This document shows positions 39,769 through 53,655 of a stretch of DNA of 64,000 nt, piece after piece. The notes beneath the pieces were generated by a model. That model ran no database searches. It was not told where the DNA came from and saw only the letters and a program-made list of their open reading frames with translations. How positions within the stretch are numbered: position 1 is the stretch's first letter; the number at the start of each line of letters is the position of its first letter. Location of the stretch: contig OZ024741.1 in the NCBI GenBank assembly GCA_964016885.1, positions 37,138,001-37,202,000 on the forward strand. Reading direction: 5' to 3'. Origin of the DNA: Eledone cirrhosa. Lineage: Eukaryota. The position numbers and the translations under genes are program-made.

Positions 39769-42700
39769 ATGGCCAATATAAGAGTTGGGTGTGTGAATGT
39801 ACGCGGCCTGGGGATGCCCTGGAAACAGGGCAAACTCTTAAACGACCTCAGGTCGCACAGTATGGATGTAGTAGCCATTTGCGAGTCCAGGATCCACAGC
39901 GAGCGACAGCTGGCCCCCATCTTCGATGACTTTGAGATCTACGTATCTCTGTCAGCCGGGGGGGTGGGGGCGGTATTGCAGTTTTGCTGCAGAAACACCT
40001 GGGCCTCGTAACACAGACGGTACATCTGGACCCGGAGGGTCGACTGGTGGTCCTAGACGTTGACGGTAGTGAAGGCGGAGCGTTCAGGTTGGTGGCCGCA
40101 TATGCCCCATCCGGGACACCGCGACCAGACTTCTTCAAACGTCTAGAGACTTTTCTGGGAACGTACTGCTCCTTGCTTTTAGTGGGGAACTGGAATGGAA
40201 TCCTATAAGCATGTCCCGATAAAGGGGGTGTAACATCCTCAAACAGTTAATCGGCCGATTTGACCTGGCCGATAGATATCGACTAGATTTTCCGACTGTG
40301 CCACTGTGGACGTGGACTAATCACGGCGGAACATCTAGATCGTACCTAGATAGGGTTCTAGTTAGAAATAAGGATAGGGACATGTTAAGCTGTCCACAAA
40401 TGTTCATGGTTGCCTAATCAGATCACAAACTAGTGACCTGCATGGTCAACCTTGATAGAACCCATAGACAAGGACCCGGCTACTGGAAGCTGAACTTGTC
40501 GTTACCGACATGCAAAGCCTACAGTAGACGGATTAGCACTTTAGTTAAACAGCACTTGACAGGGGCCATTGTCAACAACAGATGGTGGTACTCTCTCAAG
40601 AGGGCAGTTAGATTAGACTCGTTAGTTTTTAGTAAAGAATTAACGTTAGATAGACATAGAACCGAGAAAGAACTGGTAGTTAAAGTAGAAGAGGCAATTA
40701 GAAGTGGCAACGTAGCCGCCAGCGTGCTAGCAACGAGAACAGCCTTGGACCAGTTCTTCGACGCAAAGCATGAGGGCTGCGTTGTCAGAAGCAAAATACG
40801 TGCTCTGGGAAACGAGGGAGCCAAAGCTGTTAGCTGGGCCCAAGTGACGGAGGCAAAAAGTGGCAACAAGTCCACGATTCGGTCTTTGAAGGACCAAAAC
40901 GGACGTGTGATACGTGAGCCGAAGCAGATGTGTGCGGCCTTTCAGCGGCACTTTGCTCAGCTATTCGGGCAGGGCGGCGCGCCGGGAGGGGCTATGGATT
41001 TCGGTACTTACCTCGACGGCCTACCGCGACTCTCGGACAGCGAGGCAAAGTTCTGCAAAAAGCCGATTTCAGCCGCTGAAATAGGGGATGCGTTGAGCCA
41101 ATGCGGCAAACGCAAATCTCCAGGTCTCGACGGTCTACCCTACGAATTTTACGTAGCAATGCCGGACTTATTCTCCGGTCTCCTGGAAGCGGTCTACTGC
41201 AACTGGCAACAGAACGGGAGAATTCCCAGTTCTGTGACCGGGGGCATAGTCACACTAGTCAGGAAGGACGAGAATAAGGGGGATGACATAGTCAACTTCC
41301 GGCCCATAACTCTGCTAAACACAGAGTTACAGAATTTGGCCAAGGTGCTGGCAAAGAGGCTGCCGCTTGTCGTCGAGAACCTGGCGGGAGAAGCGCAGAC
41401 ATGCGCAATCCCGACCAGGTCCATACACGACAACCTCCACCTCATGCGATACATCATAGAGAGGGTAGGGTGTAAACCCGGCTTCGGTGGGGCCCTGATC
41501 AACTTGGATCAGTCTAAGGCTTTCGATAGGGTTGACCATCGTTACCTGGATGCAGTGCTCGAGGCGGCAGGCTTCGGACCCGTGTTTAGGGGCTGGATTG
41601 CTGCAATGCATAACAGCTACATCTGCTCAAGGGTTAAGTTGAACGGCTACCTCTCGGAGCCGTTCCATATCACGCGATCCATTCGACGGGGATGCCCTCT
41701 CTCCTCCCTTCTGTACATATTGACTCTCGAGCCACTACTGCGGAAGTTGGAGCTATTACAGGGCATCTGGAACCGGGACTGCGAAAAGCGGTGTTGGCCT
41801 ACGCCGACGACGTGACAGTAATGGTGTCGAGCGCCTCGCAAATCGATGAAGTCGGCACCTTACTGAAGGAATACGAAAGGTTCACAGGAGCGAAGCTGAA
41901 CCGAGACAAGTCCATCGGTTTGCAACTCGGATCGTGGAGAGGCAAACCGATGCCTTCCGATGGCGTCGTCGGACGCTGGACGGAAGGACCAGTAAAGCTG
42001 CTCGGGGTCTGGTTTGGTCCGGACCTCCAGGTGGAGAAGAACTGGAACGAGGTGTCGGCCAAGGTGTTTGCACTCACCCAGAAGTGGGCCGAGTGCAAAC
42101 TATCCTTGAAAGGTCGAGTGGAGGTGGCAAACACTTTTATAGCGTCCACCATCTACTACCACTTGACCGTCGTGCCTTGTCCAGCCAAAACGCTCGCCAA
42201 AATGGAGCGCGTGCTCTTCCAATTCCTTTGGAAGAGGCGGGCTCCTTTGGTGAGAAGATCCATCTGCTGCCAACGCCCTTCCAACGGAGGGCTGGGGATG
42301 CCGTGGCTGATGATGCGCAAACACGCGCTCAGGCTGTGGCATCTCTATGCATTCCTCACCAGACAACCGGTGTGGGCCCCGTTCGTGAGGCGAGCCTTCC
42401 CACGACTCGTCTCGCTGACCGACCTGCAGTCCTGGGTCAAGCAAAGACCGAGGAAAATGGGCGACTGGCACATCGAATGTGCCCAGGCGCTCACAGCCCT
42501 CTGGCAGGCAGACCCGGCAATCAGTGGAGACTCCACTTCGTCATTCTATAGAGGGTTGATCCGCAGCAAGTGCGACGACGTGCTCGGTGAAACTCTGGGC
42601 GTAGAGGAAGACGAACTGGCCAGTCTGTTCAGTAGGACCTTCCGCCCGGGACCGATGGACAACTTCCAAAAGTCCCTGGCCTGGCAGTGCTACCGAGGAG

Positions 42701-43182
42701 CTCTACCAGTTCGAGACAAGCTCTACAGACATGGGCGCCTGGGAAGGGACCCTGCAAAAAAGATCTGTCCGCGGTGCGTACGAGACGAAGAAACCGCCGC
42801 GCATGCATTCATACACTGCCCGGGTGTCACTGACCTGTGGGGCTATGTGGAACGACTATTGTCGCGGGTGGGACCAATCCAGTTGACCACCGAGTCCATT
42901 GTCATGATCAAACCGCCACCTTCCTTCAAAAACGAAGGAGAGGCGGTTTTCCTTTGTTTGATAGCTATGGCGAAAGAGGTTGTATGGTGGACAAGGTTGA
43001 AAGGGCTGAGGTCAGACACCTTTCTCTCCGGCCAACAACTGATTCGTTTTTTCAAATACCACTTTGGAAGAAGAATCAGGATGGAGAGAGAGGTGCTGTA
43101 CCCCAGCAAGTTTTATGAAAGGTGGGTGAAAGTGGCGAGAATGGCCCGAGTGAATGGCCTTTCTCTCTATATCAGCCTGTAG
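39769..43182 (+). pseudogene. Tx1 ORF2: APE endonuclease + reverse transcriptase + C-terminal CCHC
   Basis: NVRGL, AICES, YAPS, GNWNG, SDHK; KSPGLDG, NFRPITLLN, DQSKAFDRV, GCPLS, AYADD; CPRC..HAFIHC; several frameshifts and stops. Confidence 0.92.
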
Positions 43183-44159
43183 GTTGATGAAAAAGAGGAG
43201 GAGAGGAAAGGAGTACAAACTCTTCGTACTCCTGGAGATGAGGGTTGCACATTTTTTTTCGGGGGTATGTGTTACCCATATGTAATGTCTGCCCCTATTG
43301 GGGAAAATCGATTAATTTTTAAATTGCATTTGTGATAATATTTTACACGTTTTTATTGTATGTAAACTTCCCCCTTTTGTATTTGTCCCCTTCTTTTGTG
43401 CCCCTGTGGCTAATAAAGAAACATATCTATTTATCTATATATCTATCTATTTATCTATCTATCCATTGATCTATGTCTGAATTGCTCCAGGTAGAGCCAC
43501 TACTTCTCAACATTGAGAGATTTCAGCTCCATTACTACAGATATGTTAGAATGTTTAAGGAAAGAATTTCTGGATAGATTTTATAGGCAAAGCCAACTGG
43601 CAGGAGACCTGGAGGTAGGCCACGAGCAAGATGGTTGAATAACATCCACCAAACAACGAGAAACAGACTGTCAATCACTCTCCCTTCTTTCGCCGAAAAG
43701 AAATAAGTGACATAGTCACTACTTTAAAACTGATAGCGTATGGTCTTCAAAATATTTTAAATTAAACATACAGTATATTACCAAATATACTATACATACA
43801 TTCATGTATACATCACTATTTCAGAGCACCAATCCTAATACCTAAGTTTTGCTGGACCAGCAATCACTCTGTATAATCAGATCCTGATTATTACTGGTGG
43901 TAAAATGATGATGATGATGATGATGATGATATATACATATAAAGCATCCAGCACACATTGTAAAGTGGTCGTGTAGGAGTCATGACAAAAAGCACCCAGT
44001 CCACACTGTAAAGTGGTCGTGTATGTGTCATGACAAAAAGCACCCACCACACACCAAGCCGAAAACAATGTGAGTAAGACATGGTCACATAACCCAATTT
44101 GCCTCAAACAGGACAATCTGTCTAACCCATGTTAGCGTTGAAAAATGGACATTAAAACA

Positions 44160-46086
44160 GGAGGTGTTCAGGATTACGAGGCAGTGTGTTAGTGAAAATT
44201 GCGATGTCATCAGTGAGAAGTGTGTCTGGGGTGATAAAGGTGCACTTGCCCTCACAGGCGCTGAGAAGAAAGCTACATGGAAGAGCCATTATGAAAGATT
44301 ACTGAATGAGGAGAAGACATGGGAGAAAGAGACCCTACCCCAAGCAGACCCCATTGAAGGCCGAGCAGTAGAAGTCAGTAGCAGTGTAGTTAGTAAGGCA
44401 ATTAAGGATATGAAAACTGGGAAAGCAGCCGGTCCATCAGGAATAGTTGCTGAGATGCTGAAAGCATCTGGGTCAGTAGGACACACCATAACCACACGTA
44501 TTGTAAACCAAGTAATACTGGATGGCATCATACCATATGAGTGGCACAGCAGCATCATTGTCAATTGTTATAAGAGTAAAGGAGATGCATTAGATAGAAG
44601 TAACTATAGAGGTATAAAACTGATGGACCAGGTAAGAAAAGTAACAGAAAGAGTCATAGCACAGTTGATTAGGGACAAGGTAAATCTAGATGAGATGCAG
44701 TTTGGATTTGTGGCAGGCAAAAGCACCACTGATGAAAACTAGGAGTCGATGAGTGGCTTGTGAAGGCTGTACAAGCCATGTATAGAGGAGCAGTCAGCAA
44801 AGTCAGGATTAACAATGACTATAGCGAGGAATTTAGTGTACAAGTTGGCATCCACCAGGACTCTGTCCTTAGCCCGCTCCTGTTTATTATCGTTTTGCAG
44901 GCTATAAGAGAGGAGTTTAAGACCAGCTGCCCATGGGAACTTCTGTACACGGATGATCTTATGCTCATAGCTGAATCCATGGTGGAACTAGAGAAGAAAT
45001 TCCAAATACGGAAGCAGGGCCTAGGAAGAAGGGGTCTTAAAGTCAACCTGACAAAGACTAAGGTCCTAGTAAGTAGAAGAGAAAACAGAACCCAGATCCC
45101 CTCAGGGAAATGGCCTTGTCCAGTATGTAGGAAAGGCGTTGGTAGAAATTTCATGCTCTGCTCCATATGCAAAATGTGGGTACACAAGAGATGTAGTGGG
45201 ATCTCAGGAAGTTTAGCTAAGAATGTAGGCTTTACATGTAGCAGTTGCACTGGAACAGTAAGCAGCAAACGACAACAGGAAACAAGCGCTACTAAATTCT
45301 CAGGGGGCTCTATAGAAACAGTAGATAGCTTCTGCTACTTGGGTGACCGAATTAGCAGCAGTGGTAGGAGTTCTGAAAGTACAGTAGCCAGAGTAAGAAC
45401 AGGATGGAGGAAGTTAAGGGAGCTACTACAACTGCTGGCTACAAAAGATTTGTCCCTCAGAATGAAAGGCAGACTGTATGATGTATGCATACGTACAACA
45501 ATGTTACATGGTAGTGAGACCGGGGCATTGTGTGCAGAAGACTTGCATAGATTGGAAAGAAAGGAAGCCTGCGTGCTCCAGTAGGTGTGTAATAGTAATA
45601 TGCGAGAAAGGCGAAGCATAAATGAACTGAGAGAGAAACTAGGCATAAGAGGAATCAACTGCTGTGTGCAGGAGAGGAGATTGTGTTGTGTATGAAAGGA
45701 TGACAGCTGTATAAAAAAGTGCAGAGCGCTCAAAGTCGTTGGAAGCCTTGGAGCGGGGAGACTCAGGAAGACCTGGGATGAGGTGATAAAAGCCGACCTT
45801 GCTCAATTGCACCTCTCAAAGGAGATGACACATGACCAGGATCTCTGGCGATATGCAGTAATACAGAAGATCTGATTTTCCACAAGCACAAGCTGAAGCA
45901 TATGTACAGTATGTGTGTGTGTGTCCACAGCCCACACTGGATGTGTAAAAGACACGGCAAAAAGCACCCAGCACACACAACCAATGTGGTTGACCAATGT
46001 GTCACCCGACCCAACTTGCCTCTAAATGGGACCAGTCTAACCCATGCTAGTGTGGAAGATAGACGTTAATCGATGATGATGATAAT
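44160..46086 (+). mobile_element. 5'-truncated RTE LINE with internal deletion
   Basis: GKAAGPSG, NYRGIKL, QFGF..GKST, GIHQDSVLSPLLF, LYTDDL, CPVC..C..C..WVHKRC, FCYLGD; (GAT)n tail. Confidence 0.9.
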
Positions 46087-47840
46087 GATATACACACACA
46101 CACAAAAAAAAAATATATATATGTATATTCAAATATACACCCCCATCCCACTACCCCCAACTCCCCCACCCCACCCCCATCAACACCACCCCTTTCTCTG
46201 TAAAGTTATGTTGGTGCCACAACATCCAGTCCTAAATAAATGAGGTTGTGTAGGTGTCACGACAAAAAAAACACACAGTCCACGCTGTAATGTGGCCGTG
46301 TAGGTAACATGGTAAAAATCTCCCAGTCGACACTGTAAACGTGGTTGGTGTTAGGAAGGGCATCGAGCCGTAGAAAACCTGCCAGATAGTCCTATGCGAG
46401 CGAGACGATCAATCTTGCCTCAAGTGGGACAATTCCCATCTAAACCCATGCTTAAACGATGATGATGATGATGATGATGATATATTTATATATATATATA
46501 AATAGAGAGAGAGAGCGATATGTAAAATTCTGCAGTTTCCTTCTAATAAAATTTCACTCACATAGTAGAAGATGCTGTCCCAAGGTGTCACATTGTATGA
46601 CTGAACTCAAAACCCTGCGGTTGCAAAGAGAATTCCTTAACCCTACAGCCATGTCTGCACCTAGCTGAAGCTAAATTGACACTGTGATTGTAAATGAAGA
46701 ATAATTTATTTTTGTTTTGTTTTTTTAAATTTATACATGTGGATGACATTTTCTAAAAGTTGGTAAATATGATGCTGAGTATATTCCTTGTGCCATGGAT
46801 AATAGCAATCTAATCACCCAGGAAATAGAAATAGAATGGACAGTGACATTTTCACAAAAACTACTGATTATAAATGTTGAAACAATACCATTTTATATGT
46901 TTTCCAGATGAGATTTTAGATGTGTTTATGCTATTGGGGCTGCTGGAAGTGACACAGATATTTTGGTAATTGAGAGGAAATCTTAGCTATGAAGCAGCTA
47001 GTAGATTCAATAGACTTACAGAGCTCTCTAGTCTAAGGATGCTGGTGGTGGTGGTGGTGGTTCATTCATAACATGTCATTTTCCCTGTATTGCACCCATA
47101 ATCATCATCACCATTATTTAATGTCTATTTTCCATGCTTGCGTGGGTTAGATGAGATGCCACATTATGAAGCTAGACAGATCAAGTGACCACTTCTGTGG
47201 CTTTGATTTCTACGGCTGGATGCTCTTCCTGATACCAATCACTTTATAGTGTGCATTGAGAGCTTTTTTCATGGCATTAGCATAACCAACTTACATGTTG
47301 GACTGGGTGCTTTTTGATGTGGCACTTCTATGACCACCTTATATGGCAGATTGGGTGATTTTTGTAGTGGCACCAATTCCAGCATCTTACCAAATTGATT
47401 AGTTGTTTTTAATTGTGGAACCAGGACCAATTGTTAAGAAATTCACTTTTCAATCAAGAGGCTCTGTGTATGATTCCAATATATGACATATTTGGCAAGA
47501 ATCATTTACCATAGCCTCAGGTTAATCCATACCCTGCAAATGAAATTTAATTGACAGAGACTGTTTGGAAGCCTGTTGCATGGACAGTAATTAATAGAGT
47601 TAGCCTCAGCCTAAACTATGTCACACTGAAGCTCCCCGAGAATTACATTAAAGGTGTGTGGAATACTCAGTCACTTACGCATTAATTCAAGAAGTAGGCT
47701 GTTCTGTTGATCAAACAACTGGAACACTAACTGTTGACATTGGTGGTAGACTGTTTATTTTTTAGCTATTCAATGGAGGAAAAACAGTGCCTTTTTTCCA
47801 TGTTTGCATGGGTTGGACAAGATAGTTTTGCAGCAATATT

Positions 47841-47841
<1 letters not shown>

Positions 47842-47871
<30 letters not shown>

Positions 47872-48081
47872 TATCCTCATCATCATCATCCTCATCATCA
47901 TCATCATCTTCATCGTCATCATCATCATCATCATTGTCATCATCATCATCATCATCGTCATCATCATCGTCATCATCATATTCTTCATCATCATCATCAT
48001 TGTCATCATCATCATCATCATCGTCATCATCATCATCATCATCATCTTCATCTTCATCATCATCATCATCATCATCATCAC
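47842..48081. repeat. (CAT)n microsatellite
   Basis: Directly visible. Confidence 0.95.
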
Positions 48082-48249
48082 TGTTTAATGGATGTTAAAT
48101 GGTGATGATGATCTTCATGACATACACAATAGTTAGAGAGGCAGGTCGAGACTGATGAGCCAAACCAAGGGGTCATTTGTCACATTACGAATTGCCTCCA
48201 GGCCGCCGGGAAAACATCTGAGGGGGCAATCCTAAACAACATGCATTAC

Positions 48250-48436
48250 TGTATATTGGCAGTATCGGTAGAGCGTCGGACGCCATGCTTTGACGTATAG
48301 AGTTACGGCCCTTGCCATTCTGAGTTCAAATCCCGCCGAGGTTAACTTTGCCTTTCATCCTTACGGGGTCAATAAAATAAAGTACCAGTAATGTACTGGG
48401 TAATTGCTGGCCTTGTGCCAAAAGTAGAAACAATTA
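48250..48436 (+). mobile_element. Nin/Deu-domain tRNA SINE (young copy)
   Basis: TGGCAGTATCGGTAGAGCGTCGG..GAGTTCAAATCCCGCCGAGGTTAACTTTGCCTTTCATCC..AATAAAATAAAGTACCAG; near-identical to 59352-59540. Confidence 0.75.
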
Positions 48437-49189
48437 CTGTATAACCAGGGTACCCACAGTCACATGCTGGGTTGTCTTTCATTTTCCATCGATGGAAATG
48501 ATAGGCTGTCCTGGCATGTGTTGTGTGGATCTGATTAAGGGACCCCCATCGCTTTCTGGGAAGGTCAAAGCTAGCTGGTTTAGATGTGGGGTCCTGGACA
48601 AGGTGTTGGTTGGCAAATTTGGACTCATTCCCCGATTTTTACCTCTCTTCCTTCAGACCAAAGTTATTGACCTGAAGGGTCTTCATTGATTCCCAGAATG
48701 GTGATGACAATGATAATAAAATACTGCTGTAAAACTATCTTGTCCAACCCACACAAACATGGAAAAGTGAACTTAAAAACAATGACGACAGCAACATTAT
48801 TTAACTGTTTCATAACCATATTTCTAATGAAATACACTGTCTATGTGTTTCAATAAATTTTGAAAATAACCAAACATTGGAGGAATTTAATGAAAAAAAA
48901 TTTCTAATATAAAATTATGATGAAAAGTGTTAATATAAGGAAAGACATTTTGAATCATAAATCCAGGATGTTTTTAAGGGGTTTAGTATAAAGAAGGTTA
49001 ACTATATTCTGCACTTATATAATTTCCAGTGTTAGAGCTACCTGGGTCCTCTAATCTCTTCACAACAAATCAATAATAAACCAAAATATCACACTTGACA
49101 TCACATTATTACAGACCACACTCCATTCACCACACTCATAAATACACCTACAGACATCAACAACAGACTATACCCATACACCACAACCT

Positions 49190-49391
49190 CACACAACATC
49201 CAGAGACCACACTCACTGACACATCCACAGACCTCACTAACAGACTATACACACATATACACACACACACACACCACAAACTTACACAACCTCCAGAGAC
49301 CACACTCACTGACACATCCACAGACCTCACTAACAGACTATACACACATATACACACACACACCACAAACTTACACAACCTCCAGAGACCA
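49190..49391. repeat. ~90-bp CA-rich tandem repeat (~2.2 copies)
   Basis: CCAGAGACCACACTCACTGACACATCCACAGACCTCACTAACAGACTATAC at ~49200 and ~49293. Confidence 0.8.
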
Positions 49392-50184
49392 TATCCACAG
49401 ACACCCCCATAGACAAACCACACCAGCAAACCATGTCCAGAATTCCCCTATGCGGTGAAACAAAACTAGACAAGATGGAAGACTAGATTTGCAGATGTTA
49501 CAATTTGTTGCCACAACAAACTCCAATCCATGATATATCCACCCTGTCATTATATATTCAATTACTCCAAACGCCCAGACACATCAACCATCACATCCTA
49601 GAAAAACAATCTAGAATCAATGCCAACCATTCTGTCAAAACAAACATTAAAAGTACAAACATAAGGACGAAAGGCAAAGTTGACCTCACTGGGACTTGAG
49701 CTCAGAACATAAAGAGTTATAATAAATGCCACAAAGCAGTTTGTCTGACGCTCTACCGATTCTGCCAATTCAAATAAGAATAATAAATATCAAAGATTTG
49801 TTAGCAATGGTTGGAACAATCCTTAGAATAATATTCCTGTGGATTGGATTTGTTATCTGTTCTTTTAGGTTAAGATTCTTCAAAATAATTGCTTTTGTGC
49901 TAAAATTTCTTTTCATGGAAGGTACATCTAGAATATTAGCTCATAGATTTTTCTTTTCTTTTTTTTTTTAGTTGGAGGAGAGAATTACTACTTGTAGTCC
50001 CTTCCTCTAAAGTGTCAGAACACATAGTTTGAAAACCCCTGCCTTCGGTAATCAGACCTTTTCTCGGCTAATGTATGTAGGGAAAATTTTGGCAGGGAGA
50101 GAATACTAAAGAACCACTGTTTCTTTGTTTTATGACTTAACACTCATGATCTTTTGTAGGGATTATAGGACTGACTGTGAAAAC

Positions 50185-50522
50185 ACATGGCTCAGTGGTT
50201 AGAACATTAGGCTTACAATCATGAGGTTGTGAGTTTGTTTCTCGGACCTGGCTTTGCGTTGTGTTCTTGAGCTAGACACTTTATTTCACGTTATTGCTCC
50301 AGTTCACTCAGCTGTAGAAATGAGTTTCAATGTCACTGGTGCCAAGTTGTATCGGCATTTGCCAAGTTGTATCGGCATTGGACAACATTGGTGGTGTGGA
50401 GAGGGGAAACTGGTATACATGGGTGACTACTGGTCTTCCACAAACAAAGGCTTGTGCCTTGGAGGAGAACTTTCTAGGTGCAAATCCCATGGTCTTCGTG
50501 ACTGAAGGGGGCCTTTACCCTT
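50185..50522 (+). mobile_element. tRNA-derived CORE-type SINE
   Basis: CATGGCTCAGTGGTTAGAAC head, GTTCTTGAGCTAGACACTTT core; internal 21-bp duplication GCCAAGTTGTATCGGCATTTG. Confidence 0.7.
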
Positions 50523-51851
50523 TTTATAGCACTGACATCATTGAAGATTTTATCTTCAGATTTTTTGATCTTGTAGAGTCATTCCTGACTGATCACACTA
50601 ATGTTGTTGTTATTAGAACTCACACCTCTGTAGGTTTAATTGGTCTCATATGAGGTTATGTCCCAAAGGAGGCTTCTTGGATGTTTTGACTTTTAACATC
50701 CTGTACCACTTGAAACCGCATTAATAAGACATTCTTATTAAGCACAAAATATCATTATGACTGCCCTTCATTGAAAATAAAACTCTTTACTTTAGTTTAT
50801 TGCAAATTTCCACATCATGATGATGATTTGTTCATTAGTAATGATATTAAAACCATTTGAATTAAAAAACCTGTTTTAAGATATTTTTTGCTAAATTATT
50901 ACAGATGCTAAAAGTTAATGATAGGAGCTCCAGTCCCATCATGTCACAATTTTTCTGATTACAACCAGTGGGATTTGAACACAGGGCCTGAACAGACACT
51001 AAAAGGTGTCTTGTCTGATACCCTAACAATTCTGCCAATCTACCATCAACCCCAGAAGGATGAAAAGGCACATTTGATGTTGATGGGTTTGAAATTGGAA
51101 TACAATGGGCCAAAACAAATACTGCAAAGCATTTAACCCTTTTGTTACCATAAATTCTGATGAAATACACTCCATATAGGTTTCAACATCCATAAACTTG
51201 GTTAGTCTCATTTGGAGACAGTTGCTTTTGATAGGACATGCTGGAAGGTGTGTCTGAGAAGGACTCTGGTTCAACGATCTTTTCAGGAGGCGGTGGAGGA
51301 GGGGATGATGAGGAGGAGGTGGTGGAGGAGGATGAGGTGGTGGTGGTGGTGGAGGAGGAGGAGGAGGAGGAGGAGGAGGAGGAGGAAAGGTGGTGGAGGA
51401 GGAGGAGGGTACTGTACAAACATGTACTCTTAACGTAATTACACAAGCGTGATGAGGATGATGATAATGATGAGTTAATGTGTGATAAAGCTGTACCTTT
51501 AATATGTGATAAAGCTGTACCTTTGAATTACAGGTACAATCCATTTGAAGGGCTTCCAGGCAGCTTTTGTCTACCCAATTCTACTCACAAAGCTCGAGTC
51601 AGCCCGAGGCTATAATAAAAACTCTTGCCCTTGATGTCAAAGTTAGTTGGGTGATAATTAGTTAGAATTTCAGAATCAAGGTTTAGATTTCAGTAATTAT
51701 ACAATCTGATAAGATTACTAAACCAGAACCTTTGAAGATAGTGTCAAAAGACAGATTAAGAACTTCAAGAAAGATTGATAAACAGATTATAAAATAGAGT
51801 TGTATAAAGTCGTAAGATATTAATTCCGTAATCAGCAGATGTAAAAATCGT

Positions 51852-52350
51852 TTAACCCTTTAGAATTTACATTACTCTATATTTACTAATGTATTTTCAT
51901 GGTAACCACTTTATCTTACATAATTATTCCATATAATATCGAATCTATGAGATTTTGATATTATTTATTTTGAGAACAATACCTTAACATCAGTATGAAC
52001 AGCTGGTTGTCGCTGGTTTGAACTGAAAGAGGTGAGAGAATTCTGGCTAGATATGGCCAGTTCAAATGCTAAATGGTTGAAGATTGTTTAACCCTTTTGA
52101 TATCAACCTACCCAAACCTGCCCCTGGTTCTAACAATATAAAATTGTTTTAAGATGTTAACATTTATATAAAAAACCTTCCATCAAACGTTTATATAAGA
52201 ACCTTAGCTTTATTAAGTTATATTCCAAACACCAGCTTAATAATCACAGAGTTATTTTATTAAATTCTCCAAAATCCTCAACAATTTTCAAAGTTATTTG
52301 AAAATTATAGGCAGTGTGTTTCATGAAATATATGGTAATGGAAGGGTTAA
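51852..52350. mobile_element. two adjacent TTAA-flanked piggyBac-type MITEs (51852-52081; 52088-52350)
   Basis: TTAACCCTTTAG..CTAAATGGTTGAA and TTAACCCTTTTGA..GGAAGGGTTAA termini; other copies at 56951-57176 and 57620-57848. Confidence 0.7.
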
Positions 52351-52744
52351 ATCCTTAGAAACCTGAGAGAAGTGTGTGATTACACATTAAAATGAGTTAT
52401 GAAAAACCTATATCTGAGGATTGTCATGCTTTGGTATTCCTTTCTCTGTTGAAAAGATATGTTAGAGTGACACATCACTCTAAGATTTCAAAATAATGCT
52501 CAAGAGGGTGCTTGGCTGTTGCAGTACCTCAGCCTTTCCTTCAGGGTTTTCAGTTACCATATATATTCAAATATAAGCTAATCCGAATATAATCTGACCC
52601 CTATTTTATGTCTGAGAAATGGGCAAAAATCCAAACCTGATTTATAAGTGAAAGCAGATAGTCAACACCTTGTTTACAAGGCGTATATAAGCCCACCCCC
52701 CATTTTACCATTGTTTTTTTTGGTCACATGTTCCTTGACTTATA

Positions 52745-53117
52745 CAGTAGTTCTCCAGTATTTGCGGGGGTTATGTTCCTACAGCACTTGCAAAGAGTAA
52801 AAACCGCGAATATTGGACGTGGTCCATAAAAATGTCTATAAACATCAAAATATAACGTAAAATATAATAAAAAAGAGGGAGCGTCATATACGAAGGGGCA
52901 TCCAATAGCCCGGCAAATACAGTATATTGTTATTAATAATTTAGTGTTAAAAAATATATATTGCCACGAAAAAAGCCATAAAAAATCCCGAAAGATATTT
53001 ACGATTCCGCAAATATGCGGTGGTTTCCACGAACAATTATTAGTTAGGTTCTAAGGAAAATTCGGCGAATAACCGAGACGACGAATGTTGGGACCATGAA
53101 TGCCAGGAGGTACACTG
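52745..53117. mobile_element. Tigger/pogo-type MITE nested in the end of another TA-flanked MITE (starting ~52556)
   Basis: TA-CAGTAGTTCTCC ... GGAGGTACACTG-TA; host begins TACCATATATATTCAAATATAAGC and ends CTTGACTTATA|TATAGTA. Confidence 0.6.
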
Positions 53118-53275
53118 TATATAGTACTTCAAATATTTGTAGAGGGCAGCACCAGTATTTGCTACTGTAGGTATAACTGAGAGAGTGTGCACGTATTTTC
53201 TTTTCTCCTCTTTTCTTTTGAACTTCTTTTTATTCTTTTTGTTCACTAACTTTGTCTAATATTTTATACTGTATT

Positions 53276-53475
53276 GTGAGGGGTGGCTGAAAGGTTCATA
53301 AGCTGACCAAGATACTCTCATGGAATGACCAAATGAGGTTTATTTTTCATCATAGTCCCTGGAAAGAAACAATGCAGTTATTAATAAGAAGAGTTGAAAT
53401 TAATGCATGCAAGATATCACAGCTCTAGAATCACCCCATCATAGTCAGCCTAAGAACTTTCAGCCTACCCTCATA
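53276..53475. mobile_element. mariner-type MITE
   Basis: TIRs TGAGGGGTGGCTGAAAGGTTCATAAGCTGAC / GTCAGCCTAAGAACTTTTCAGCCTACCCTCA-TA. Confidence 0.65.
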
Positions 53476-53655
53476 TCATCATCATCATCGTTTAACATCT
53501 GTTTTCCATGCTAGTATGGGTCAGATGGGTTATCCCGTTTAAGGCAAGTTGGGTCAGGTGACCATGTCTTGCTCATACAGAACTGTTTCTGGCTTGGTTT
53601 CTACAGCTAGATGTCCTTCCTAACAACAACCAGTGAGTCCTGGGTGCTTTTTGTC
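53476..53655 (-). mobile_element. RTE/SINE 3' tail from which the adjacent minisatellite expands
   Basis: Homologous to 131-330; (CAT)n on the + strand. Confidence 0.75.

Larger units (their letters stand above)
37654..43421 (+). mobile_element. near full-length Tx1/L1-clade LINE (5' UTR, gag-like ORF1, APE-RT-CCHC ORF2), mildly decayed
   Basis: ORF1 with a zinc knuckle; ORF2 with APE, RT and CCHC motifs; flanked at both ends by (TATC)n; 3' AATAAA. Confidence 0.92.

Noticed and set aside
47734-48105. poly-His/poly-Met ORFs (also the poly-Gly/Val/Thr ORFs at 11.7-12.8 kb and 31.6-32.1 kb, and the poly-Glu/Pro ORFs at 51.2-51.5 kb)
   Set aside because: Trinucleotide repeats open in multiple frames; no splice or homology support
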